IMG/VR virus record: IMGVR_UViG_3300011443_000023
Location: 1 to 44,737 of that record
Origin: a virus
Taxonomy: Duplodnaviria; Caudoviricetes
Length of the DNA: 44,737 nucleotides
Reading direction: 5' to 3' (one strand)
Each line of letters starts with the position of its first letter. Position 1 is the first letter of the stretch. The notes under the pieces are model-generated. The model had not been told where the DNA came from and searched no databases. It saw only the letters and a program-made list of their open reading frames with translations. This document shows positions 35,275 through 44,727 of the stretch, one piece after another. The position numbers were made by a program, and so were the translations under genes.

Positions 35275-38116
35275 TCAGCTTCCATAGATGTTCACGTTGG
35301 GAATCAACCCCAGAATATTCAAGGCCAATGGACCGCGCGATTTCACGATGATCGTCAATTCATCGCGCAGCCGGCCGGCGGCTTGTTGCCGCACGAACCC
35401 AGAAAATGGCGGCGGCGGAAAGTCCTGGTCTTGCGGTGCCGACCGAAAGGGGAGCACGTAAAATGGCTCTTCCGGACCGTCCGCATATTGGCACCCGGAC
35501 GACTTGTACAAGCGGATGGCGAAAATCGGGACCGTCATCTTCCGGCCTTGTGCGGTGCCGTCTTGGAGCGGAAAATCGAGCGGCATCGGTTGCACCTCCG
35601 CTTCGCACGCCAGTCCGGCAGCCGCGAACGTCGACGGCGCCTCGAGCATGATCTGGCCGGCCGCGACCACCTCGCGCGTGTGCTCGCCGCCATCGGTGAC
35701 CACCTCGACCATCTCTCCATTCAGGTGATCCAATCCGCCGAGCGATGTCATCGGATCCACCCCCTTCGCCACTACCGCGGCGTCGATGTGGAACACCGGA
35801 TCAGTCCCGGCGTGCAGTCGGTCCCAGTGAGCGGAATCAAACCGCTCGATCCGCCGCGTCTCGACCCCGCCAACCGTCCGCCTCACCACGATCCACACCT
35901 CATCCGCCGCCCGGTTGTCGCCGTAGACGACTGAAACCGACTCGACAAATCCCGCCGTCGGATGCACCGCCCAGGCGACGACCTGTTCTGTCCGCTGATA
36001 TGTGCAGCTTAAAAGCTGGCCGTCATTGTTCACCGCCCACAGGATCTGGTCAGGATTCTGAGCATACGCGACCCGCCGCAGCCCGCTCCGCGTCAGGTGC
36101 CCGACCAGTTTGCTCACGTCCGGCGCCACATAGTTCTGCTCTTCGAACTGGTAGACATATTCCGCCAGCACCTGGCCGCCGCGCTGGATGAACAGAACGA
36201 CCGACCCGGCCATCAGCGCCTGGAATGGTTCTGACCCGTAGCGGCTGCGGCGCTCGACCACCGCATTGTCCGGTTTCAATCCCTCGTCCCCGCTATCCAG
36301 CAACCACTCCTCGGCTTGCGTCCCGATGATCATTCCGCGCTGCGAGGCCAGCCAGAGGATCGGATTCGCCTCCTGCGCCCGGATCTGAATCGTGATCGGA
36401 CTGTCCGCCTGCACTCCACGGCGAAAGTTTAAAAAATCATCGACCACGCTCCCCCAAAGTTTTTGTGGTTCGGTGCGCGTGCCGGCGAACCAGAGTCGCC
36501 CGTCACTGTGCAGGCAGACCGCCCGCGGAAACCCGCGCTCGTTCGACCAGGCGCCCTCACTCCAGTTGTTCGTCAGCTCGGTCGAATGCGCGGCACTGAT
36601 GATGTCCACCGTGGCAGTCTTGGGCGTTGTCACCGCGGTGATCTTTACCAACCCGAGAACCAGTGACTCCACCGACTCGAGGACGAACCGTGGCTTGGCC
36701 ACCCCGGCGGCGGCGCTCGCGCTGATCCCGGTCGCGCGCAGCCGCAAGATCGTTTCCTGCTCGACAATCGCTGATGCCGTCAGGTTCCGGTCGTTGACCC
36801 CGGTCCACTTATGGATCGGTTCCCATGTCCCCGCCGCCGTCTTTTCCTCGATGTAGACCGCTCCCTGCCAGATCCCCGTTGTCAGAAAGTCCCACCGCCC
36901 CTTCACCCTCAATTCGCTGGATGTCTTGTTTTGCGCAGGCCCTGCCGCCGGATCAAAAAGCAATTCTGCCGAGAGCGTGTCCCGAAAGTGACCCACCTCC
37001 CAAAAGCTGCCGACATGCCCGGCCGTGAATGTATCGGCGCTCGCCGTCAACGTCCGTCCAATCCCTGTCGTGTGCGAGAGTGCAACCGTCGTCGGCGAAA
37101 CATTCTCATCGAGCATCGGCGGCCACTTGATGACGCTCGCCAGTTCCGGCAATGGCGCCACCACATCCCGCTTTTTCAACATCGATGCCGGCACCGGCGC
37201 CTTGGCAAATCCTGGCCCGCTGAGCGAAATCGTGGCATACCCTGACTGGACGACATTCCAACTGTAAAGCTCGAGCATGTACGCCTGCCCGCCGGTCAAC
37301 GCCTTGTCGATAAACGCCGACTCGGTCGCAAAGGTTGCCACGCCCCCGACATACACCTCGTCCAGATACAGAGTGGCCCCCTCATTCGCCTGAAAATAGA
37401 TCCGCCAGGTGCCGGTCGTCGGAACCGTCAGGACCCCAGTGACCCGCCGCATCCATGAGCCCGTGGCCCCCGGCACTGCCGGCAGCGCCAGGCTTGTCAC
37501 GTCCGCCGCGCTCGTGGGTGTCTTGAAAAACGCCTCCTGAGTCCGCACCGCCATTACCGCCGCCGAGGTGCTCGGAAACGTCCCGGTCCACGGCATCCAC
37601 CACTCCATGTACGCCCTGCCCGCCTCGCCTGGAATCGTCGGTGCAGCCGCCGTCGATAAGTCAGCGAACAAATCAGTCAGCCTCCAATCCGTATCCGAAT
37701 AGCGGATCAACCGCTGCGGCCAATGTCCCTCGTGCGTCAGGAACATCAGATCATTGACCTGTCCATGCTGAATCCCATCCAGGTCGAGCTCGAGCCACGG
37801 CGTGGCAACCGGCGCGCCGCTCAGCGCGGAGCCGTCCCCGCGCCAAAACCGCATCGTCTGCGGGCCAAGCTCAAGTTGGAATTTCGTCGAGGCAGAGAAG
37901 TTGAAAGGAATTAATCTGCATTGCTTGTCGGGCATCGCCGCCATCCCGACATGCAGTAAGGGCGGTCGGCGAAACACGCCACCAAGGACGGATGGGATGA
38001 AGTTCCTTAACCGGGCGCATGCCTTCCGAAGATTCTCCAAATCCACGCGGCCAGCCAAGACCGGGTTGACCTCTCCAACATTGAAAGCGTTTAAAAGCAG
38101 TTTGATGGCAGTTCAC
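35275..38116 (-). CDS. Tail tubular protein B / nozzle (T7 gp12-like) with inserted PA14 domain; start codon problematic
   Basis: Frame extends upstream of the track start to LLNAFNVGEVNPVLAGRVDL; NFIP..GG..RRP, WSEGAWS..RGFP, LWGS..DDF, VLFIQR and AW..H motifs. In-frame TGA lies just upstream; the best start (GTG 38116) is one base out of frame. Confidence 0.88.
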
Positions 38117-38183
38117 GTTTGTGTTAAAAAGACGGACCCAGAAGCCGCGTCAACGGCCGCTGGGTCCTAACCCAATCCGTAGT

Positions 38184-38729
38184 ATGAATACGAATCAGGC
38201 TGGCAGCTTTCTGCCACAGTTCAGCGAAAAGGACAAACGCCGCTTCTGGAAGAAGGTGGAGAAGCGAGGAAAGGACGAGTGTTGGTTCTGGAGGGGCACC
38301 AAAGACGGCAATGGATATGGATTGTTTTTCATTAATGGGAGAAACCACCTCGCCCACCGCGTCAGTTGGACAATCCATTTTGGGGAGATTCCCCCAAAGA
38401 TTTGCGCTTGTCACCGCTGTGACCAGCCGCCGTGTGTCAACCCGTCTTGTATTTTCCTTGGCACACGAGCCGAAAACAACGCTGATTGCATCCGAAAGGG
38501 CAGAATGCGGCATGCTTGCGGCGAAAGAAGTGGGCCCCGCATGCATCCGGAGACCAGACAGAGAGGAGAGCGCCACTACAGAGCGATCCTCACCGAAACC
38601 AAAGTGCGTGAAATCCGTCGTTTGTATGCGTCGGGTCTGGCACGGAGAAACATTGCAGCCCTGTTCGGGATCAGCCAAGGGTGCGTAACCAACGTCGTAT
38701 CTCGCAAAACGTGGCGGCATATCTTGTGA
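38184..38729 (+). CDS. HNH homing endonuclease (antisense insertion upstream of the nozzle gene), paralog of 4033..4587
   Basis: RFWKKV...CWFW...GYG...AHRVSW...CHRCD...CVNP..IFLGT..EN; shares CGERSGPRMH and the C-terminal HTH with the paralog. Confidence 0.9.
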   Translation: MNTNQAGSFLPQFSEKDKRRFWKKVEKRGKDECWFWRGTKDGNGYGLFFINGRNHLAHRVSWTIHFGEIPPKICACHRCDQPPCVNPSCIFLGTRAENNADCIRKGRMRHACGERSGPRMHPETRQRGERHYRAILTETKVREIRRLYASGLARRNIAALFGISQGCVTNVVSRKTWRHIL

Positions 38730-38740
38730 GCTCGGGTCCA

Positions 38741-40183
38741 TTAGCTGGGTAGTTGAATATTTGAGCCACCGAAGCCCACAAGCCCCTCTGCCACGGGCAC
38801 TCCATCCACCGTCACAACGGAGGGGCGGGCTGTCGAGGCAAGGCAGGTGAGGCTGGTTCCAGGCTTCTGCCAGATGATGTTTCGCCCAACCTCGACGGTG
38901 GTGTCCTCGACGTAGACCGCCAGATGACTGCCGGAGTTCTCCAGATTGCGGAATGTGTTCCCAACGACCTCATTGAGCCCGCGTCCCCTGGGGGCCGATG
39001 AGCGCACAAGGCGGACGTAGCAGTGGCCAGCGTTCTCCAGATTGCACCCGCGAATCGATGACCGCTCACTGTCCGAGACCCAGATCCCCCGAGCCTCATC
39101 GGGAAAGTCGCAAGAGACGTTCGCCAGCCGCGTATTGCGAACCATCGAATCCCTCGCTCCATCGACCGAGATCCCAACCACGAAAGATGGACCTGTGATA
39201 TTCTCGACCTGACACCCGTCGATGATCCCCTGAGCATAAACGTAGCCGGAGGGGTCGTGCTCGGGAGGACGGCCACAAAGCTCGATTCCACAGCCAACCG
39301 CGCCATCAACCTTGCACTTGTCGTAAATGATCCCAGTCCCAAAACCAGCGGAAAAACCCATGCTCCCGCAGTTCCGGGAAACGCACCGGACAAACTGGGT
39401 CCGCTCGTGGTAGTAATCGTAGTTCGCGATCGTCGCCTCGATCCCGATCCGGCTCACATCCGCAAAAAGGCAGTTCTCCCAGACGCAGTCGCGCCAGTTG
39501 CTCCCGCCCCAGACACCGTTGTGGGTTTGATGAGTCGCCCCACCAACCCTTCCAATGAACCGGCTGTCACGGGCGGTGAGCCGGGTAAATCCAAAGTTCA
39601 GGGCCGCACCGATTTCGTTGAACGTATGGCAGTAAACCCGGCTTATCAGAATGTCCTCGTGCGGAGTCGTGATGAGGCTTCCGTCCTTCGAGATGCATCT
39701 GCGCCAGTTGTGAATGTGCATATCGAGCACCTTCATCCTGTGCCCGTGGTTTTCGTTCCCCTCGGAAAAAGCAATCCCATAGCAGGGATTCGAGGCGACA
39801 GGGTGGGTGCTGGTGAGTTCGAAATTCCTAAACGTGACATCGTCGGCATGGACCGTGATGCCGCGCAGCAGGTAGGCTGGAAGGTTCAGGTCGAGGGTGA
39901 AACTGAGAGCCGCCCCAGCGTCACTCTTGATCTCAGTATACCGGCCGGTGACCACCTTCGGCGTCGTCAGCGGGATGACGCCGCCCGAGCCTTCGCCGCG
40001 CAGCACCATCGAGCGGCCCGAGGCCAGAGCGGCATCAAACTGCGCCTCCGTGTCCACCATGGCGAACGGGCTTTCATCAACACTGACCGGCGGCCGGGCC
40101 GCTGCGCGCTCGGCGTACTCCTGCTCGGTCACCAAAGAATCCGGCGCCTCGCCCGAGACAGTGATGATTACAGGATCGCTCAT
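38741..40183 (-). CDS. Tailspike 3 / right-handed beta-helix protein
   Basis: FDAALASG start, ITVHADDVTFRNFELT, repeated G-I-x / N-C-x-F beta-helix rungs. Confidence 0.75.
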   Translation of the reverse strand: MSDPVIITVSGEAPDSLVTEQEYAERAAARPPVSVDESPFAMVDTEAQFDAALASGRSMVLRGEGSGGVIPLTTPKVVTGRYTEIKSDAGAALSFTLDLNLPAYLLRGITVHADDVTFRNFELTSTHPVASNPCYGIAFSEGNENHGHRMKVLDMHIHNWRRCISKDGSLITTPHEDILISRVYCHTFNEIGAALNFGFTRLTARDSRFIGRVGGATHQTHNGVWGGSNWRDCVWENCLFADVSRIGIEATIANYDYYHERTQFVRCVSRNCGSMGFSAGFGTGIIYDKCKVDGAVGCGIELCGRPPEHDPSGYVYAQGIIDGCQVENITGPSFVVGISVDGARDSMVRNTRLANVSCDFPDEARGIWVSDSERSSIRGCNLENAGHCYVRLVRSSAPRGRGLNEVVGNTFRNLENSGSHLAVYVEDTTVEVGRNIIWQKPGTSLTCLASTARPSVVTVDGVPVAEGLVGFGGSNIQLPS

Positions 40184-40803
40184 GCCGGCTTCAGTTCATA
40201 GCCAGGCACCTTCAATCCCGGAATCAGGGTATAGAGAATCTTCCGCTCACTGGTGCCGCCATTCTTTGGTGAAGACGGGATGCCCAGCACCTCCGCCGCC
40301 GCGATCGACGCCTCCCCCAGCTTGTCCTTCGGGCCGACATCTCCGACCAGCCCCCAGGCTACCAGCCCGTTTTCCAGGTTCTCCATCCGCACCCGACACC
40401 CGAGGACGACTGGTCCGACCAGTTGGCGTAGTTGAGGAGGGGTGACAGAGAATATGACGGATTCGGAATCGAGGTAGCGACGCGGATCGGTGTGGGCGTA
40501 GTCCGTATGCTCGTAGGCGGTGGGAGAAACGAAGTAGCCGGGGCAAGGATCGGAAGACTTCTGGTAGACCGGGTCCCCGTCGCCCTCACCAGTATCTGTC
40601 GCCACTCCCCACCAGTTGCCTGGGTAACCGGCGTTGGCGAGGTAGTCGAGAGCCACGTCGTCGTTCTCATGGTAGGTGCGGTAGCCTCCATCCCCGTCGA
40701 TCGACATCTTCGCCGTGTAGGACATGAAGATGCCACTCCAATAAACCTCGACGCCCTCAATCTCGGTGAGAATTTCGCCTTGTGGGATGGTGATATTGAT
40801 CAT
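40180..40803 (-). CDS. GH75 chitosanase-like glycoside hydrolase, probable endolysin
   Basis: MSIDGDG, YLDSESVIFSVTP, GLVGDVGP..KLGEASIAAAEVLG and NGG...ILY motifs; last gene of the membrane/lipoprotein cassette; start at ATG 40803 (ATGA coupling). Confidence 0.8.
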   Translation of the reverse strand: MINITIPQGEILTEIEGVEVYWSGIFMSYTAKMSIDGDGGYRTYHENDDVALDYLANAGYPGNWWGVATDTGEGDGDPVYQKSSDPCPGYFVSPTAYEHTDYAHTDPRRYLDSESVIFSVTPPQLRQLVGPVVLGCRVRMENLENGLVAWGLVGDVGPKDKLGEASIAAAEVLGIPSSPKNGGTSERKILYTLIPGLKVPGYELKPA

Positions 40804-40985
40804 GGCTTGGGTAGGGATTTCAGAACTTCCTGAAGGTCTTCTCTGATTGCTCGCTGCTCGATTTTGATCTCCTCCATCGACTCGCGCATCGCCGCAGCAT
40901 TCGACGAAATGCGCTGCCACAGCACTCCCACCGAGAAGACAGCCACGACCACAGTGATGAGAGACTGAAAGTTTCCATTTTTCAT
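40800..40985 (-). CDS. Small TM plus coiled-coil protein (lysis cassette)
   Basis: One TM segment, then an amphipathic coiled coil. Confidence 0.6.
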   Translation of the reverse strand: MKNGNFQSLITVVVAVFSVGVLWQRISSNAAAMRESMEEIKIEQRAIREDLQEVLKSLPKP

Positions 40986-41371
40986 GGGGTGACCGGCAAC
41001 TGAGCCGGATGCAGAAGGCGGAACTCTTCCAACTCCTTGGCGAGGCGGAGTTTTTCGACGTCGACCTTGAATCCTGCCTTGGTCACGCCCGCCCGTGTTG
41101 CGGCAATGTCAGTCGCCTTGGAGGCGGCGATCCCGGCCTCCGCGACGTTCTCGCCGCTCTTGGCGACCAGAGCCGCGCCGATCAGTTGCATCGCATCCTG
41201 AAACGGCTGATTCATTTTGTTGTGGAGGATTGCCGTGCCGTCGCGGGTGATCACCACCGTCGTGTTCCCGGCAAGGTGACCGCGGTCGGCATATGAAGCT
41301 CCGCTCGGCAAGGTCAAGGTCCTTCCAGTCTGGCACGCAGGCAGCATCAGCACTGGAAGGAGGTACTTCAT
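40982..41371 (-). CDS. Lipoprotein, spanin candidate
   Basis: MKYLLPVLMLPA-C lipobox-like signal; ATGA-coupled at both ends. Confidence 0.6.
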   Translation of the reverse strand: MKYLLPVLMLPACQTGRTLTLPSGASYADRGHLAGNTTVVITRDGTAILHNKMNQPFQDAMQLIGAALVAKSGENVAEAGIAASKATDIAATRAGVTKAGFKVDVEKLRLAKELEEFRLLHPAQLPVTP

Positions 41372-41490
41372 CGGCTGGAAATCTCCCCGGCGATGAACTC
41401 GCCGATGGCGCGATCGATCGGATCGTCCGCACGGTCGAGCGTGCTGCACCCCGCCAGCGCAAGCGCCAGGATGATCAGGGCGATCTTCAT
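41368..41490 (-). CDS. 40-aa lipoprotein
   Basis: MKIALIILALALAG-CSTLDRADDPIDRAIGEFIAGEISSR with canonical LAGC lipobox; coupled at both ends; too short for the ORF track. Confidence 0.7.
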   Translation of the reverse strand: MKIALIILALALAGCSTLDRADDPIDRAIGEFIAGEISSR

Positions 41491-41678
41491 CCGCGAAAGT
41501 TGAGCTTAGGGCCAGCACCCAACAAACCGAATCCGTACAGCAACCAGAGGATGACAGCGACGACGGCGACCCCAACGATGATCTTGGGGAACGGCTGGGG
41601 CATTGGCACGTACGTGAGTAGAAGCCAAAGTAAGAAGCCAATGACGGCGAGGGTGAGGATGAGAGTGATGATGCTCAT
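41487..41678 (-). CDS. Two-TM small membrane protein (Thivi_2564-like), holin candidate
   Basis: Two TM helices joined by YVPMPQPFPKI. Confidence 0.7.
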   Translation of the reverse strand: MSIITLILTLAVIGFLLWLLLTYVPMPQPFPKIIVGVAVVAVILWLLYGFGLLGAGPKLNFRG

Positions 41679-41683
41679 TTGTG

Positions 41684-43570
41684 TTATGCCGGTGTGGCGG
41701 ACAGCGCCCCGCCATTGGCGACCTGTATCCGATATCGAGTGCCGTCGGGAGATTTAAGGATGAATCCCTGACCCACAGTGGAAACCTCGACACTTCCTGC
41801 CGCGTTGATAAGAGCCAAAAGGGCATCACTGACATCGCGGCACTCCAAAAGGTTTCCCGTGTGGGCTGTCCATCCCTTGACGCGAAGACCGATTGCAGTG
41901 GCATTTTGAAGATCAACCTGGAGAGCACGGGCACCCGTGCCGCCGCTCGCCACCAGAATGAGGGAGGCCTTGGTTGTTCCGCTGTTGGAGATGAGGGCGG
42001 CATCGAAGCTGGAACCGGCTTTAGCTACATGGAGTCCGTAGCGAGTGCCGCCGGTCTCCGAAATAGTCAACGCAGCGCCATGTGGTCCGACATTTCCGAT
42101 GCCTACCGTACCAGCATTCAGAATGGTCATTACCTCGGTGGCCCCATTCGTGCCGACGCACAGGTGCATGTCGGCCCCGGTAGTCCCGGCACCCGTGGTC
42201 GGCTTGAGGGTGAGGTCTGAGGTAGTAGTGGTTCCGCCTGCGATCACAGGAGCAACCAAAGAATCGGCAACCAGAGATGGAAACTGGAACTCCCCTAGTG
42301 GCAGGTGGACTTTGACGACAGCATTCTCGCCATCTTCACCGTATCGGATTTGCTGATAACCACCGATCGGGTCATTTCTCTGGATGTAATTTGATGCGCC
42401 ACCATTGTTCACTACCGTGGCCCCTACGGCAAGCTGGTTTGAGGCATCGAAGGTGCAGCCGCCGGTGATGGTATCGAAGACGATGTCAACGATTCCGAAT
42501 TGGTTGCCGGTGAAGTTGGCGTTGGAGAGTCCGACAAACACGTCGCCGAGAATCCGGCATCCCTTGGTAATGCCACCGTTAGCACCACCGGCACCAGTTC
42601 CCTTTTGAATGGTCAGCTTGCCGAATTGGCCACCGCTAAGACAATGCGCACCCGTATCGATCAGAAGGATGCCGCCTGTAGCTTGACTCGTATAGATCCC
42701 CTCTAGTTGGTGGTAAAGTGTGCCCGTCCCTGCAATGCCGATCTCGATGTCGTAGCCGGTCAGTGTCGCGTCCGATGTGTGATAAATGCCGCAGGTGCCG
42801 AGGATCTGGAAATGAGAGCCGGTGGCCTTAACAGCGCGACCAGCGGCGAGTTGCGATCCGCAGTTGATCAGAGCACAGGAGAGACCGGAGAAGGCGACAT
42901 TGTCACCCGTGAACCCCTCGCCGTGGAACTTGATGTTCTGGAGTTGGACAAAGTCTCCTGTGGAAGTGAGAATGGGTCCGTTGGCGTTTTTGATGAAAGT
43001 GCCGATGCCGTTGGAACTGGTGAAACACTGGTTGTGCAGGGATTGGGTCAGGGCGCTGACGGCATAGGAGGCACCAACAAGATCGAGTGAATAGCCGGAG
43101 TTGATGGCGGCTTGAACTGCCGCAGTGTCGTTAGTGGAGCCATTGCCACGGGCACCGAACCATTTAAGGGAAACCGAACCCTCAACAACCCGCAGCCACC
43201 GTCCGCTGCCGCTCGTTGGTGCGATCACCGTCCCGCCGTTGTCCGCCACCACCGAGTCCCCATCAAACCAAAAGTCTCCCCCGCCACCATCCCCCACCGC
43301 GTAGTAGCCTGCCACACTCGCCTGCGCGCCATCCACCAACCCGGCGACGATCGCCGCCTTCAACTCAGCAATCGTGGCGAATGTCAGGCCGGCTGAGCCA
43401 GGCGAACCTGCGGGTAGCGGTGGCGTTGGCGGGGTCGGTGGCGTCAACCCCACAAGCAAGCCAGCGCCGTCGAACCCGAAAATGTTACCCGGAACCGCTG
43501 GAATCGTCCGCGGTGCGAATGTCGTCAACGTATCCCGTTGCGGGAGGACTACATCTCCTGTGCTGCTCAT
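41684..43570 (-). CDS. Tailspike 2 (beta-helix), paralog of tailspike 1
   Basis: FATIAELKA...GYYAVGDGGGGDF...NGGTVIAP...GRWLR...KWFGARGNGSTNDTAAVQAAI; C-terminal VGIG repeat and LKSPDGTRYRI motif. Confidence 0.85.
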   Translation of the reverse strand: MSSTGDVVLPQRDTLTTFAPRTIPAVPGNIFGFDGAGLLVGLTPPTPPTPPLPAGSPGSAGLTFATIAELKAAIVAGLVDGAQASVAGYYAVGDGGGGDFWFDGDSVVADNGGTVIAPTSGSGRWLRVVEGSVSLKWFGARGNGSTNDTAAVQAAINSGYSLDLVGASYAVSALTQSLHNQCFTSSNGIGTFIKNANGPILTSTGDFVQLQNIKFHGEGFTGDNVAFSGLSCALINCGSQLAAGRAVKATGSHFQILGTCGIYHTSDATLTGYDIEIGIAGTGTLYHQLEGIYTSQATGGILLIDTGAHCLSGGQFGKLTIQKGTGAGGANGGITKGCRILGDVFVGLSNANFTGNQFGIVDIVFDTITGGCTFDASNQLAVGATVVNNGGASNYIQRNDPIGGYQQIRYGEDGENAVVKVHLPLGEFQFPSLVADSLVAPVIAGGTTTTSDLTLKPTTGAGTTGADMHLCVGTNGATEVMTILNAGTVGIGNVGPHGAALTISETGGTRYGLHVAKAGSSFDAALISNSGTTKASLILVASGGTGARALQVDLQNATAIGLRVKGWTAHTGNLLECRDVSDALLALINAAGSVEVSTVGQGFILKSPDGTRYRIQVANGGALSATPA

Positions 43571-43935
43571 GGTAAGAATGGAAAGATCGGAAAGCTGTAA
43601 TCGACTGCGGAGAGGGTGAAGCTACCAATGCCGCCCAACACCGTGACCATTGCCGTTGTCCCGATCCCCGGATCGGTGGGCGTAACAGCCCAGGAAAAAC
43701 TGACCCCAGAAATAATCATGGAGGCGATGCCATCGGTAACAGCCGGCGAAAAGATGCCGCTCATGGTCCCGCTGTACGGCGCACTGCTCCACACAACCCA
43801 GTAGGAAGCGACCCCATCGAGCAGCACGGTGGCAAGATCCCCGGTCACCGAGACAATCTGCTCTTCCTCCGCTCCCCCGACGACGACAACGCCAGGCGGG
43901 CTGATTAAGTTGGTCACTTCTGGAAGTCGCCGCAT
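43567..43935 (-). CDS. Small beta-rich tail-region protein
   Basis: 122 aa, ATGA-coupled to tailspike 2. Confidence 0.5.
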   Translation of the reverse strand: MRRLPEVTNLISPPGVVVVGGAEEEQIVSVTGDLATVLLDGVASYWVVWSSAPYSGTMSGIFSPAVTDGIASMIISGVSFSWAVTPTDPGIGTTAMVTVLGGIGSFTLSAVDYSFPIFPFLP

Positions 43936-43962
43936 AGGTCATAGTGTGGATGGCTTGCGTTT

Positions 43963-44727
43963 TCAGTTCATCTTGGTGGCCGTAAAATACGATCCCGTGC
44001 CAACGATGGTGGTGGAGGCACCGCTGGTGGAGGCAAACATCAACTGGACGGTCCCGGCATTAACCCCGTTGGACACCAGCCCCGTGATGAAGACTGAACC
44101 GCTGGCAGTATTAACTGTGCCCAGGGTCAGTGTCGCATCGGCAGTGATTTCCCTGCTGGAGGAGGAACCGCGGGCCTGGGCGCCGACCGTCGCGGCAGTG
44201 GGAACATCGAGGGCGAATCTGGTGTCCGCCCCAGCAGCATTGGTCAGGAGCATAGAGAACTGGAACGACCAGACCTCGCCAGCAGCGATGGCAAAGGCCA
44301 TGCCGGTGATGTTGACCGCCGTGGTGGAGGTAGTCGGTTGGTTGGAGGTGAGATAGCCCTTGGCGGTGGCCCCACCGGCGGCGCTAGCGGCCCATTTGAC
44401 GCCGGTGGCCTCGGCGGAGTCAGCGGTGAGGACGTGGCCGTTGGTGCCCGCGGTTAGCTTGGCGGCGGTATTGGCCCCGGTGCCCACAGCAAGGTCGCCT
44501 TTGGCATCGAAGATGGCGTCGGTGGCCACTGACCCTGCGGCCGGGATAGTTGCCTCGAGGGCAACGATTTTGTCGCGGAGGGCGTTTTTGGTCGGCGCCG
44601 AGAGGTTGCCGTCCCAGGTGGTGGCGTTGTAGGCGTCGTCACCGACCTCCAACTTGTTGGCCTGAAGGGTGCCTGTTGGCACAGTGTTTATGATGGCGTT
44701 GGCAGCAGCGGAGTTGTCAACAATGAG
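43963..44727 (-). CDS. Tailspike 1, C-terminal 254 aa (continuation of 1536..1)
   Basis: In frame with 1536..1 once the 10-nt overlap is removed; AKGDLAVGTGA...GTNGHVLTADSAEATGVKW fibre motif and C-terminal beta-sandwich. Confidence 0.85.
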   Translation of the reverse strand, partial: LIVDNSAAANAIINTVPTGTLQANKLEVGDDAYNATTWDGNLSAPTKNALRDKIVALEATIPAAGSVATDAIFDAKGDLAVGTGANTAAKLTAGTNGHVLTADSAEATGVKWAASAAGGATAKGYLTSNQPTTSTTAVNITGMAFAIAAGEVWSFQFSMLLTNAAGADTRFALDVPTAATVGAQARGSSSSREITADATLTLGTVNTASGSVFITGLVSNGVNAGTVQLMFASTSGASTTIVGTGSYFTATKMN

